Source: Lingula anatina (lineage: Eukaryota; Animalia; Brachiopoda). Taken from it: a stretch of 64,000 nt of DNA. Positions 49,301-64,000 of this stretch are shown piece by piece. The notes beneath the pieces are model-generated. The model was not told the DNA's origin and searched no databases. It worked only from the letters and a program-made list of their open reading frames with translations. Every line of letters begins with the position of its first letter. Position 1 is the first letter of the stretch. The stretch spans positions 12,338,001 to 12,402,000 of the forward strand of contig CM120645.1 of the NCBI GenBank assembly GCA_051362555.1, in the 5' to 3' direction. The position numbers and the translations under genes are program-made.

Positions 49301-52300
49301 ACTTCTGTCTACAATGTCTGTAGAAATCATTAAAAATACCTTCCGTCAGAAGTAATTGGCTGTATCTTATGCAGGGCAGGGTCCGATATGCCACAATATC
49401 ATGGTAAAGTGCAACACCTTGTCTTGGCAAGAAAAGAAACACCCACCCGCCCCGTTACTTTACCCAAGATACACCTACATGTCTGGTAATCCATGTCTAT
49501 CATGCTCATTAAGGTGTAATCCTGGCTGGAGTATCATATATTATGTTGTTTATGTAAGCTGTAACACCTTTTTACCAAGGTTAACTTCCACACCTGACAT
49601 TTAGTTGGAAGGTACATGTGGGTTAGGTAAACCATACTTTGGAAGCAGCCATTGCGGAAGACTAACAGCACTTACATTTTCACTGTAGCAAAACAAACTG
49701 GTACCTCTCTATTAAGACCCTTTTAGACTATTTTCTATAAAGAGGCTTTTATTTCGCACTTTTTAACACAGCCATGCATGTCATGCATGTGCATGCACAC
49801 ATGTAGCAATACTATTGATACTGTTTACAAATCCATTGTTTACAATAGACTTAACCTTTCTAGAAAAACTTCATGACAACGTTCAGAACAAATGCAAGTT
49901 GCATACCTTCTTTTACTCCAGAATATCACCTATATTGTAACCCTTCCCCTACAGATACACCATCCCCCCGTGAACTAAAACTGTGATCAGTGATCTACAT
50001 CTCTGAGGAAAAGAAACAACTTATCAATATATTCACATGTACCACCCAAGTATAACTCTGCTACACCTGCAATCCCACCTATCTCACAACTTACTTGGCT
50101 TTTATTGGATTTAATTAAGGCAGGGCTTTAGATCTTGTGTTAAATTAAGCATTCCTTATGAATAATGACTCCTTGGGATTAAGCATGCTGATTAACACTA
50201 ATGCTAACAGATGTTCAGTAACTGTATGGTTCCACAGTATCTAGGAATATACATGTAAACATCTCATACTGAGGTAGACTGCATTACATCGTACAATGAC
50301 TGGCTTTAAAAACCAAACCACTGACCATGCAGATATTCTTAAACTGTATATTCACCACATTATTACATAACACACAACATAACTCACAGCCATCAATATC
50401 TATAGATGCCACTATACTCACCTCAGTTTTAGACTAGTAACAAATTCTTATTTTAGACAAGCATGAGAGACAAAATTTTTAGTCAACAATCTTTTCTAAA
50501 TAATAACATGCCCCCCCCCCCCCCCCCCCCCCCCCCATTTCTGCTAGTAAGAAGGAAGCAGCTAGCCAACATACCTGCTCCCTAAGACAACAGCCACATC
50601 AGTCCTCACAAGCTATGCATCATTTCTGCACTCTTCTTTCCAAATCCTTCAATATTCCTTGTGGAAAAAATCTCGACCATTTCAAAATTTAGAAATTAAA
50701 GAAGTTATCACCCAAGATCCCCTGATACCATGTCCCTAGCACAGCAGTCCTCTCTGTTACAGCTGTGGTGAATATGAGCAGGCTCAATCTAGTCGACTAA
50801 TTAGCTGTAATTAACACACTGCCTTCATTCATCATGCACAGATTACTGTGGGACTTATGCTAAATAGAAAGAATGCGCTATTATAAATCATGTACATGTG
50901 GCTTATCTTCTGCATATATTTCAGTGGTCCGCAACAACTTTCTCTGGTTGTGCATTAGGTTATATTTAAGCTCTGCACGCACAATAAATTTCTGTGGCTC
51001 ATTAACTGTTATGATAGTACTAGGATTAAACCCTTAACCACCTTAAAGTCATCAAGCATAACGTAAGGCCCTTAAGCTGACTATATTACCTCTTGCATTG
51101 ACTGACTTTGAACTGCCTTTTCCACCTAAAAAAAAGGTCAGCTCAACTCTTATCAAAACTGAAACAAAGTTCTATCAACACACACTGCTTGTGTAAAATT
51201 GTTGACTACGGATATGTTGGAACATGGTAGACAAATGTTAAGGGGATGCATGTGTATTGATGTGCATTTTTGAATGCATTTGCAAATGGGAGGGGAGGGG
51301 CTGAAAAAACGAAGAGAAACAGTAACAAGACTATGGTCACAAATTATTTGGAAGGGAGGGGGTAAGAGACTAGGTGTGTATCTCAAAACAAAGCTCACAA
51401 GACTAACCATAAATCTTTCACATCACAAAAGCTTTTTGGAAAGATTCCTAAGGCAAACAACTGGCCCAAAAACAATGGATGAAAGTAAAGAGAAAATTAA
51501 TTGGTCACGCTTATTGCAGATAAACAATGCAAATGACCTCTACATTGTATAAGGCAATTTATTATAGATGCCACAGTAGAAATGAAGGTAAGCGAGGGGG
51601 GGGGGGGGGGGGGGGGGGCAAGCAGGATGACCCTGGACCTCTAAACTTTAATGGCAGTTTCTAGTGCACATACAATACACATTAACATAATTCTTAAATC
51701 AAAAGTTTTAGACAAATGACACCAAAGTATGTCCATGTTGAAAATTAAATGTCAACTGACCAAATTAAAATGGAATCCTGGTTGGATAAGTCGTATTTCC
51801 AGGGTATCGTCTATCCCGTGACCAGAAGACATTTGACCATGAAGTACCCCATCGCATGCAAACACACCACCAAAACAAAACCCGCCATAGCAAGCACACA
51901 CACATATATTAACCAGCTGTGTCTTGATAAGCAAACCCGGTACTCTTTCCCATCACCTCACCTGAAATAGATGGCCATTAAGAAATAATTTTCCTACCTT
52001 AATTTAAAAGTATAATGACCTTTTCCTTCTGTTGTAACTTCATGACAGGTTGATTTAAGCAGTAGCAGTGAGAACATTAGCCTACACTATAAGTAGTTTA
52101 TTTTACATATAGATAACTTAATCAGGCCGTTTTATCACCTGTGAGGTGTGTACTTCGTAATGGTAATCCCATCTTACCTCCGCCTTTAATTACAGGACCT
52201 ACAGCTTTAATAGAGAAAATCTGATCACTTTTTTTTTTACATCTCTGAACATCTGTGAGCTGACTTCACACACTGCTTAAGATCTCTTTTTAATTAACAC

Positions 52301-55300
52301 TTTCTAGATGAGATTTTAATTGAAACAGTAAAAGTGACCTTGACAATCTTCATCTTCATAGAAAGTTTTTTTTTTTTTTTCAATTTTGTCAGAACTCATT
52401 AATCTAAACCACTGCTTCATATACATGATAAAGAAATCCAGATATTATATTCAATATAATCTTACCAAACTTATTTTGTAATAAACTGGAAAATATTTAC
52501 ATGAGACACTTCTAGCTTTTAGAAGCTTTCAAGTTATTCATAGCATTTTCATAATTTGGTTATTTTTTAAAGTTTTTTGACATCTAATCATTAATGATAA
52601 AAATTATAAAATGCACTTGCTAGAGCATCACATAGATACTCCAGCTTTTGAAATCTGTTTTATACAATTATTAAGCGATACAACCAACTTTGTCAGATGT
52701 GATAACAAATTTGCAACCCAAAAATTTGCAATTTCTTTATTAGCCACTCTAATCGCTATAATTACCTATCAACTTGTATCTACTCAGCAACAGTGACCCT
52801 TCATTATCTAGGATAATCACAGCAACTAACACTACATGCAAAAACTACTTACTGTAACACAAGGAAGTCCCAGCGTAAAAAATAGCTGCACATCGACTTA
52901 AAGATAAGAATCAGCAATTTCAACACTAACCTGCAGCTGGGTTGGTAATGGCCAACCAAAACATCGCATCTCAGTGTGGTAGGATATTTTACCTTTTAGT
53001 CACAGGACGCAAGTGCTTGGAGTGGGTATTTTCCCAGTTTATATTCCACTAATAACAATTTAGTCACAGGAATTACCAGGTTTCTTTGACGTGTGGTTCC
53101 TTTCATATCAAATGCCATGCACCATAACTGATATTTTAGTCATAAAATGAAATGGTGATGTCCTTAAATATGGAAATCTTTTTCTCACATCAAAACTACT
53201 GTTGCCAAAACAACAGATTTGCCATGCAATCATTGTACGCATTCTGGCTACCTTTCTATATTTTAATATAAGACAATTATCAATTATCTTTAACATAAAC
53301 AATAAGTCACACATTTTGAGAACAATCACAAAATCTTCCAATTCTGCTTACCTTTTTTTAAAGGTGAATATCAGCTGTTGGTAATGACACGATAAACAAA
53401 AGGCTGTACCCATACCGTGAGAACTATTTTATAGTTTAACTCTGAACATGTCTTTCTATATCATCCCTGGCTGTCATCCACCATACATGGGTATCTTTCT
53501 CTTACCTTGCTGGGACATCAGCCCAACCAGAGAACAATACCTCCTTGTGAAGTCCCAACGCTTTAACCCATTACAATACAACTCTTCGCAATCCGTCTAA
53601 ATGACAGATGATTTGTCTACAAATGCAGTCAGCAGTCGCATTAAACTTTCGTGGCACTCTAAAACTCTAACAAATGGCAGTCTAAAAAGCAGATCAACAA
53701 GTGGCCGAGGGCTATTTTGTGGTCAGCTCAGTAGTCAGGGGCACCGGAGACTGACCATGTATTCACAATTAACCCAGATTCCCCTGGATGCCGCGGTGTC
53801 ATTGTCTCCTGGATTCCATTCCTAAAAAGATGATGTGTGACTGTCGCTGTTTATTATCTGATATTTAGGACACGTCTCAGAAATTATTTCATAATCTTCA
53901 AGGGATGATCGCATACGTAGTAGGGTCATATCAGCAGGAAGATGGAGAGGTGATGACTAGCACAAGGAACTAGTGGATAGTTTACGCACAATATTCCCAG
54001 CACTATCAGCTATCAATACGGCTTCCTAGAGGACCTATATGTGAGGACAAGGCTATTCTTGTATTGAAGATATCAAAGGGGGGGGGGGGGGGGGGGGGGG
54101 GAGAAGAGTAAAAAAACATTACTGCTAAAATCATCTATCACAGTAAAAAAAAAACTCTTACAACTAATTTTTTACACTGCATTTTACAAAATATCAATAT
54201 GGAGTAGATCATCTTTGAGGTGCTTTGTACTGAATACAATTTATGTGTGGACAATTTTCAAGTTATAATAATAATAATATATTTATTTTAAGTCTAAAAT
54301 ACACAAAAAATGTTCAGTAAACTGTATAACATAAAATGAATAAAAGTTAGTAGAAAAATGTTTTCTATGTAAATATATGAATTTTAAAAAATAGAGTACT
54401 AAATAGTAATAAAAAGTAAAAAATCCTAAATTGCATTAATCTTATGCAAAATGTTATGTCCTAAGCATGCCAAATAAAAAAGAAGAAGAAGATAAAAAGA
54501 CCTTGAGCTTGCCAAATGTGCATGGTGCAGTATCCACAATAGCACAGATAAGTGCCATTGGCATTCAAGCAATTGTTTCCATAATGAGCCAAGCAATAAA
54601 ACTTACAAACTACATAAGTAGGTTTTCTTCACAGACAATTACACACTCATACATTTTCAAAGGCAATGCCTCGCAAAAAGAATGCAAATTTAAGATAAAC
54701 TCCGTGTACTGCACATCGTTCTCATCCCACGTCCAGATCAATTTCACCCAATAATAACTCAAGGATAATTAACTTGCAACCAGATAGTTGTCACAAACTG
54801 GCAAAGATTGTACATAATACATGAAATGCTTCGTTTTCAGGTAATAGCATCTAAAAAAGTTACAACTAAAAATTACCCGCGACACTTCTTTTGTAGTAAC
54901 ACTACCGTATCTGTTCATACAGGCATATGTCATGACAATAAATCAACCAGATCATTTAAAATCTCGTCAGCAATGACCCAAAGAATGAGAGCGAGGCTTG
55001 TCGTGTAGTTTTCTCAAGAAATCGACACACCAGTCCAGCTGGGAAAATGAGAAATCGGACTGAAAGTTTCACGACCCAAATCAAGAGTCAACGACTCAAC
55101 CCCTATCCTTCTCTTTATCACTTGAATGAAGTTCCATTGTGAGTCCCAATTTAGTGGCCCCGTTTTGTTGATTGGTGATGCTGGATGCCCCCATGTACTT
55201 TTGAAGGCAAAATAGTCTAATGGGTTGTAATTTTTGTGTTTCTTTCTCACATCATCAAAACAAGTCTATTTGAACTACAGCATGTGGTCATACAATCAAA

Positions 55301-57607
55301 TTTGACTGATAACAGTTGACTTCATGCTGCAGCTTTGGCATTACATCTTTTTTAAGGGGATTGGGGGGGGGGGGGCTCAATCTGCCTTAAAACCATGGAG
55401 TATGAAACTGAATACCACTTCTCTATTCTGTAAAATTGCTCGCATATACACTACAACTAAATATTCTCTTCAAAACCTACCTTCCAGGTCCCTTCTATGA
55501 CAGCTCCCTCTAGCTGTGCTGTCTGATTACACAAATATTTGTCAACAAAAGGTGATGAGTCAAATATGACATGTGAGCCGCATCTTCTTGGAGAAACACA
55601 CCGATACTATATAACTGCCTGCAAATCTGGCCCAACACTGGCAACTCCTACAAAAGCCAACAAAAGGACCCCTTTGCCAAAAACCTCAAGACCCTGGGAG
55701 TTAAGTGATGGGATAATTGGGTCAAAAATATCCAATTATGTTCTTCCATTGCAACCAAAGTGGGAGCAAAACAAATGTGTCACTCTTCTCAATGCTCTTT
55801 TGTGGTAAGGACAAGAGGATACGCAGTCTATATTATATCCCTGTGTGATTTATAGTTGGTTAGTTCGAGGTTACTACAACAGTGAAATTGGTCCAGATCC
55901 TTGTGTGTATTTTTTCTTTCATTTATCTCGACAAAAGTCTTACATAATTATGTTGCTTGTGTAGCAGCAATTCATCACCACAGTGTCACACGTAACATTC
56001 ACATTAACATTCCCATCACATCAACAGTGGATCGCCTCACTAAGACATGTAATACAAGTATTGTCACAAGTACCTTTCACCAGTGCAATCAAGTCGTCTT
56101 CTGGGTGTCAACTGTCATACAAAGATATCCCTCCATCTTCCACCTGTACCATTAGGCATGTTCCATCTTAATGTAGAATGTCATACAAATGTTAACAGCA
56201 ATCAGCTTGGTCTGCATTGTCAAATATGGCCATTACAGCCCAAAACTACACACCTGGACAATATGTTGGACACAAGTTGGAGAAGAGTATCCTAGAGGGA
56301 ATATCCCTTCCTTTTGTTAGATAACATATTTTGCATTATAACAGTCAAAGATGTTGGCCACATTTTTTATTACTGTTATGTCACTTCAAAGTAAAGTCAC
56401 TGTCCCTTTATATGAGACAATACTACAAAGCTAGACAACTATGGCACTTGAATATCAAAATCCACTTATTTTCTTTGTAAGACTGCATCAGACTTATCCC
56501 AACTACTAACCAAAAGCCCTATAAAATTTTCTCTGCTTTTGTAGATTATAACTGGCTAACCAGTTTAAGGTGAGATGCCCTGGACAACACAGAGGTGACC
56601 TACTTAAAATAATTATTCCTTCAATAAAGCATCCTAAGTATTACCTGGCCATCAAGGTCTTATCTCATTTGTATAAACATCACAAGTTAGAAAGCACCTT
56701 ACAGCAGCTCTTCTCCCAAGGAGATGAAATCCCTCACATCCTCACTTTACATATTTACAATTAAACCAATGGCATCAAGCTGCACCTTTAGCTGACAGCC
56801 TTGCTGCACATGATTATTAAAATAACTCTTTTCTTCTTGCAGATAAAGTCGTATCTTCCTTCACAAAACAACTGCAATGTATGATAACCTTGCCAGTGGA
56901 TACTGCATCCTAGTACACAAGAAGATATCACCATTTAATGAGGTGACAATCAACAGACAGTTAAACATGCAGATACTTCCTTTTCTCATCAGTGATCACC
57001 TTCTAATAAAAAGTTTATGATCTATACATTAACCTGTGCTTACCCTATAGTACTTATTCAAACTTGTTACTTTTTTCACCTACAATGGCTCTGTCCTCCT
57101 TAACTGTTATGGTTGACATTAGACTGGTAGGAGCAGCCTCTCTATCACAGTAAGTGGAAGATAATTACCATGTGAACTGTTACCTGCCTTCAAAACACCA
57201 CTTTTCTGGCCCCTCCCCCTACCTCTGTGTGATCATACCTCTTGGGATTAGTTCACACGCTACAGTACACATACGCCATTTCTCTTTGGCTGTGTCTCAC
57301 TGGTTTAGATCTCAGACTCCATTATTTCACATATCCAGCACTTATTCCGAGAAAAATGTGTACTTTTTTGACTATATATTTTACATTCATATTTTGGTGA
57401 TGACATAGTACCAAACCAGGTGCATTAAGTATCAGCTACAATTCACTTAAGATTTCTAATCAAGTACCCCTCTCCTCCTCCCCTTTATCACTCAAATGTC
57501 ACTGCAACCAGTGTAGAAATCATCATGAACTGACTATGAACTAGTTTCCCTATGATCCAAAAAAAATCCAGTGTGGACACACCCATAAACCAATGAATCC
57601 CTCCCCT

Positions 57608-57608
<1 letters not shown>

Positions 57609-57700
<92 letters not shown>

Positions 57701-57701
57701 C
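57609..57701. repeat. (CA)n microsatellite
   Basis: About 45 CA units with one interruption. Confidence 0.97.
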
Positions 57702-58218
57702 CTGAGTGAGAATGTCACATAGCAATAGATTATCTCTAGACCCTCATCCCTCTCCTCCCCCACCCTCCAATGAAAATGTCACACTGCCCTGGAGGAAATC
57801 CAAGGTAATTAACCCTCTTAGTCTTAACTACAGGCAGGTAATTTAACAACAGGTGGCTGTGGGCATTTAAAGATGGGGCTACTGTCTGTGCTCAGTTTTT
57901 CTACCTGGAAGGGTATCTAATAGTACACACCTTGGCTTGGTATATACTCTGAAGTTAATGACCTGATATTAAGAAATAAGTGCAATAAATTAAGACTTAG
58001 CAGCCATGGTCTGTGACCAGAGATACAAAATAATAATTCAAACTAGTTATCTCTCATCTAGGCCAACAGTTGTACAGTGTGCTCCAATAATCTTTGACCA
58101 CCTCATCTCATCTTTAATTCCCCAGAACAAACTTTTCACTGTGGGGGTTATTAATCACTTCCATGACCTGGGGTAGAACAATGGCCAGGTACTTATTGCT
58201 TTGTCATTAGCCCCTGTT

Positions 58219-58386
58219 CAGGGGCGGATTTAGGCCGTCTTCTGGGTCTTCTGGAAGACGGTAAGATTTTTAAGTTAATATTGATGGGTTTATAATTTTT
58301 TCTGTCGGAAGACGGTCAAAAATGGAGGATGGATCAACAAAGATAATTTGGAAGACTGTCAGAAAACATCTCTGGATCCGCCCCTG
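58219..58386. mobile_element. 168-bp MITE with CAGGGGCGGAT TIRs and a 5-bp target duplication
   Basis: CAGGGGCGGAT ... ATCCGCCCCTG; CTGTT on both sides (58214-58218, 58387-58391). Confidence 0.85.
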
Positions 58387-59349
58387 CTGTTAAATGTCAT
58401 AATACATTTTCAGTCTTCTGAAGATGTTTTAACCCAATACAAATGACACCTAGCTCCATTAACTTTTATAGACACATTAAATGATGTGGGATAAATGGGT
58501 TAATTTACATAGGCCAATTATTGCCTATATAGCCAATTAACAACTTACCTGGTTTAAAGATAAACAGCAATCACACAGTGTTTGCTGGTTGTGATGTAAC
58601 AGAATCTGTCACAAGAAAATGCCAGCCACAAACAATACCCCAAGTCTTCACACCTTCTAAAAAAAAAAGCTCGAGTCAGCTTTAAAAAGAAACCCAGCCT
58701 AGATTTTACCTTGATAAGAAAGTCGCCAATCCTCCCTGAAGAGAGTAAACCTTTTCCCCTTTGCCCAGCCCCAAGGTAAACAACTAAGGTAGACACAATT
58801 ACACACAGGGATTAAATAGTGGAGATACTTAAAGAAATTATTGTGAATGCTGTCAATTAATCATTTACCTGCCTTAGGTAACAAACAGGTATAAAACAAT
58901 CAGCCCCTTGTTGGCAGCTAAAGTCAACACCACCCTGGGTTAAAAATATCACTTGTGTGTTCACCCTTTATCAACACATTGTAATTATTATCATTCTCAT
59001 ACAGCAGTTGACCTCCATCAAAGAAAATAGAATAATAGGAAAAAGAATTATCGGTTTGTCAACTAATTCTAGCAGTCACAAAGTTGAGGACATCAATTGT
59101 TAAGATACCAAGTCGCCTGGGGTAAGGTGAGGAAAGGCGTCAGGTGATGACTGAAAAAAATGTCCATCTCAGTCCTGATATCAGAACTCAAACCTATCAA
59201 ATCATTCTTACCTAACAATTATCATTAGACTGTCAGTTGCTATACTTATCTGTGCACCTGAAAATCAGATTATAGATTATGTGCCAGGCCTGTAGACAGG
59301 GGAAGGGGAGGTTAGAAAGATCCATCCTTATAACCAGAAAAGTGATCCG

Positions 59350-59591
59350 ATTAGGTCTTACGCCCCATTTCCATAGATATTTAGATCGATCTATCCCTAT
59401 GGGGAGTCTCACTAGATTACTGTCAGCTTGGCCGGCTTAAGCGTCTGTCCCGCCTACTAAAAGCTGTAAGGGGGTAATTAACTATGGTGCCCGCTCAGCT
59501 GACTGCAATTTAGCGTGAACCCCCAGGGAGTTAGGTCGATCTAAAACTTAAATCTTTAGATCGATCTAAATCTCTGGGAAAGCACCCTTAA
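59350..59591. mobile_element. Palindromic MITE relic
   Basis: tttccatagatatttagatcgatcta / tagatcgatctaaatctctgggaaa inverted pair; core gcttaagcgtctgtcccgcctact like 40400-40420. Confidence 0.7.
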
Positions 59592-60466
59592 TGATGACAT
59601 CTGATGTAATTGAACACTATTATAATCACCAAGCCACAGCATAATGCTAAGTACCTAACTTCATACTAAAACATCACACTTATTCAAAAATACTCCATGT
59701 GAGTTCACTTACCTTGTTGAGGTTATTTCACAAAAACACTTCTATCTTGCTGATAAGCTGTCTGTCTTTTTAAAGACCTGGAGATCTGAAAGAGTAAAGA
59801 TGCACTGCCATCATTTATCTCTGTTGAAGTGACACATGACACACCAGTAAACCAAACAATTCTTTAAACTTAAAGAACATAGCTCTTTGTATTTCAGTCT
59901 TTAAAAAATCAGCTAAAGACTATATTTTTAGCAGCTTAATGTAACAGGAGAGACAGCGTCTTGCACATTCCTTATCCTTATATGGCAAAAATAGTAAAAA
60001 AAAAAAACTTAAAAAACACAGAACACCTCCGCACTCCAGCAAGACCAGATTCTCAAACATTTGGCCTGTTTTCCAAAAACTGTACTGATAAGATTTACAG
60101 TCCAGGCACTGACAACATCCTAGTCCTGCACCACAAGATAAGCAAATCCCTTTAATGTGTGATTTGCTATTGATAGCCGGCAACACAAAATTTCAAACCT
60201 GCAGATTTGTTTAGTTCAACCAAGAAAATAAATGTGTTTGCAGAACTTCAAAAGTTTTCTTCCCTCTTGTAAACATTATGCAGTGTTTAAAAATGACCAC
60301 AAAACTTGATCAAGTGCTGTAAAAGCCACAGCTGAAATCTATGGATACGGAACCTTCAAAGAAGAGATAATATGACACAGATAACCTCTAGAATATATAT
60401 TTTATCTGATAACCAGACACTTTTGTGTATGTAACTTATTAACTCTGCCAATTCATCACCAATCTT

Positions 60467-60690
60467 AGACCGCATTCAGATTCACACATCGCACAAGCTG
60501 GGTCTGTCCAACTCAGTGGAAGATTCTTGCTGAAGTGCAATCAGTGCAATCAGCTTAATTGTCTGACACGTCTTCTTGTGGGTGATTAACTATCCTATTC
60601 TGATTTAACTGATTCCACTGATTGCACTTTAGCAAGAATCCCCCTCAGAGTTGGACCGACCCATCTAGTGTGAATCTGAATGGGCCTTTA
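60467..60690. mobile_element. Palindromic Harbinger-like MITE
   Basis: cattcagattcacac / gtgtgaatctgaatg; gattcttgctgaagtgcaatcagtg / cactgattgcactttagcaagaatc. Confidence 0.75.
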
Positions 60691-60874
60691 CACAGATTAA
60701 CAGCATACCTTAACTTGGCAAACATTGCGACATTTTGACTTCCTTGTTGCAACATAAGGTTTTTAATACCTGTCCTACAGGCAACAACAGTCAGTATAAG
60801 ACTTTAGTTTTACAACAAAACTGATCACCTACTAAAAAGTTTTTCAAAACATTTACTCCACAGTCTATCTGAAG

Positions 60875-60906
<32 letters not shown>

Positions 60907-61880
60907 AGTTGAGTCTATCCAAGTTACAATATTTCCACATCACAGATACATTTCTTATGCAGCCATCATTATAAAATGCACCGTCATAATATAACGAAGT
61001 CATAAACTAACATTCAGTGTGGGAAACGATGTAGTAACTTCCTAGTCAGGCATTATTTACTTCAAATTAACAAACACTTTTTGTAACAAATTCAAATGCA
61101 GATGCTTTAGCCATTTAGCTTACCCCTTTTTTCTCCTTTTTTCTTTCAAAGTCACCCAAAAAGATACAACTTGGATAGAATAACAGATCAGGCCGTTTTC
61201 AAGCACCCTGCAGGACTACTATTTCCAAACAAGGAAAACAATACATCCCATGCCATAAACCTCAAACCACATAACTTCTGAGAAAACAATGCACATTACC
61301 AGCCTGGATATATAACATCTGAAACTTTCTTGATATATATACCTCCCCATGGTCCATAGCCTAAGTCCTCATACCAATACAAAGTCCATAAAAAATATCC
61401 CAAATTCTTTACCATCATTCTGGAAATATCTAACAGCACCTGTATCAAATTCCTTAATACCTAGTATTCGGCATTACATGACTTCATCTCACACCCCAAA
61501 AAATGTGATCCTTCGTATGAAATGCTCTGCCTGACTAGCGCCGAAATCGACTTCCTGGTCAAACTGTGTAGTCATTTATATAGCACCAAACGCTGCATGT
61601 CAGCCTGGAGAAATGATCACATACATACAGCGTACAATACATCGTGCCATATACATTATGGTACAACATTGTATCTGGGAGGCCCTCTGTGGCCAAATTT
61701 CCAAGGCAACAATCAATATATATCCAGACTTATTAGGCTCTCCACTAGAGTTAATGTTGTTGAATCTAAGCCTTGGTGTACTGTGTTAGAGTACTGCAAC
61801 GATGCTGTGTACTCTATGGACATATGTTATAATGACACATACAAACATTATGGTTCCATGAAACATAGTATATGTGTGCA

Positions 61881-62030
<150 letters not shown>

Positions 62031-63050
62031 CCCACACTAACACATTCACACACGTTTACAATACTTACACTCTACCCTGGCCTTAAAAGGCATGATAAAA
62101 ACTTTCAAAAGCAGACCATTAAATGCTGATAAAAATACTCCCTAAGCAAATAAATAATTCTAAGAACCCTGGCTTTCCGTGTTACCTTTGATGTGTGTAC
62201 TTCACAACATGCACCCAGATCTAAACGAAACTAACAGAAGCTACTTACTTCTTGTGTATCTCTTCCTGCAAATAGCTTTAAACTCAGTATGTATAGTAAA
62301 GGTACCTGGCTATAATCAACACTCTCCCATCTATAAAATACATATCTTGATGCCATATACACCTCTGTTATCAAAATGTATTATATATCCTCTAAATAAC
62401 TTTTATCTAGGCTGAGGCTTAACTTTAGGATAAATGCCAACTGATAAATGCTGTAGATAATTTACTTTGGCTTAACAAAATTGAAAATATTTATTATTAT
62501 TATTATTTTTTTTTAATTTTTAAATTTTAAAACTGGCCAATTAAAGTATCTAATGATTTACCTCATAACAAATTTTCAAGGGGACTAAACTAGATCAAAA
62601 TGCTTAATATGCACCATTTTCTCAGTCTTACATCACTTACTTTCATTTTCCAATCACAGGTAAACCTACTTGCTACCTAGCAAATTTAAATAAAAATAGA
62701 TATAACAATTCAATATAGACATCACACAGCCTCTTTTAATAAGTCTATGCATTAGTTAACTCACAAACAACAGAAAACAACCTGAAACATACTGAATTAT
62801 CTACCTCTATTTCTAAAAATGTCTCCCAAAGTTGTAGACTATATAGTCACTGTAGAGTATTTCAAGGTTTAAACAGAAGTGGTAATGCAGATACACCCAA
62901 TCATTGAATCCTGTCTGTCCTGCTGTATTCTATGGGTCTGGAGGTCAATGGGCCCTCATGTAGACAGCAGTCAGCCACTGCTGAGATAGCCTATCATCAG
63001 CACTGGATAATGAAAACAGATGGGACAGTAAACCTTAGAGCAAATGAAAT

Positions 63051-63258
63051 AACTCTCCATAGATTTGTTCAGACTGGGGAAAAAATTGGACTGGAAAAGG
63101 GTTCAAAATTGCATCCTTAGATTGCCAGATTGCATTACCATGATTTTAAATGCCAGAGGGTCTCTCTTTAATCTGGATGCCCGAGAGTGAAAGCCCATCC
63201 AGTTTCTGTCTAAAAAAAGTTCTTGTCTGAACACGTGGAAGTCTGCACTATAGAGTTG
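63051..63258. mobile_element. Degenerate palindromic MITE relic
   Basis: aactct..atag..tgttcagac / gtctgaaca...ctatagagtt; actgga..gggtt / agccc.tccagt. Confidence 0.45.
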
Positions 63259-63846
63259 TACAGGTTGAGCAAGTACAGAGGCAGAAGTCCACTACCATTC
63301 TTAGACTGATCAAAATCAATAAAAGGAATAAATAAAAATAATTAACAAATTAAAAATATCCTAAATTTCACTATTTTAATGCTTTCACACGTTTAATACA
63401 CTTCAGTTGTCTAAACCATGGGATAATATTGAAACTGTAATGTTTGATTTTATGAAACTAATCTGAACTAAGCCACAAACGTACAGTAGTTATCTTATCT
63501 GAGCTTTATTTACTGGTCCTCATGCTGTAATATCTATCACCATGTGAACGTTTTATATTGATTTTGACTCCATTGTGCAGGACTGTTGTTCAAGTTATAT
63601 ATGTCGAATAAAGACTTACTGAAAGTTTGTCCTCCTTTTTTGCCACATTTGCAGTGAACTTTCGAATTCCCATCAAATACCATGTCCCTGATGCTAAATT
63701 TTTTGGTATTTAGACAATGGGGATACATGTATTGCCATTTAAACAAGAATGAGATGGAGGGAGGCAACCAAACAGAAACTACAGGTCATCTGTAGTATCT
63801 CTTTTAATTAATTATGGCTGTGTTATCTACTACAACTGAAAAGTAG

Positions 63847-64000
63847 ACAAGGCAGCAAAGCTGTCAAATGTACAGACAAAAAACAGGAAATAACTATGCA
63901 CAAAATAGGCTACTGTCAATTCTGATGCAAAAATACATTATGTTAAACTGCAAATTCAACATCAAATTTTAATTATCCTCAACAGGTAATACCAATGTAA
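63847..64000 (-). mobile_element. HINE family A copy 3 (terminus only, runs off the window)
   Basis: acaaggcagcaaagctgtcaaatgtacagacaaaaaacag is identical to the ends of copies 1 and 2. Confidence 0.85.

Overview
AT-rich, intron-rich animal genomic DNA, probably from a marine invertebrate (the taxon is inferred, not shown). It contains three protein-coding units. (1) The first coding exon of an unidentified gene (- strand, 1394-973) lies head-to-head with (2) a complete 8-exon SET/TSPY-family (NAP-domain) histone chaperone gene (+ strand, 1632-5987, 306 aa) whose first intron has U12 minor-spliceosome signals. (3) A complete invertebrate-type Plexin-B gene with 34 coding exons (- strand, 43406-14649, about 1896 aa) was reconstructed by hand with consistent intron phases. 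Two plexin introns are nearly filled by nested Helentron-associated non-autonomous elements (HINE/DINE-1-like). These carry 146-, ~162- and ~335-bp tandem arrays with higher-order duplications; the 146-bp unit repeats a compound nuclear-receptor motif 15 times. Several fold-back MITEs, microsatellites and long poly-G/C tracts are also present. I found no convincing coding sequence in 44-64 kb, which is probably plexin 5' intron or upstream sequence. I found no clearly new biological system; the best leads are the nuclear-receptor-motif satellite in nested HINEs and the U12 intron.
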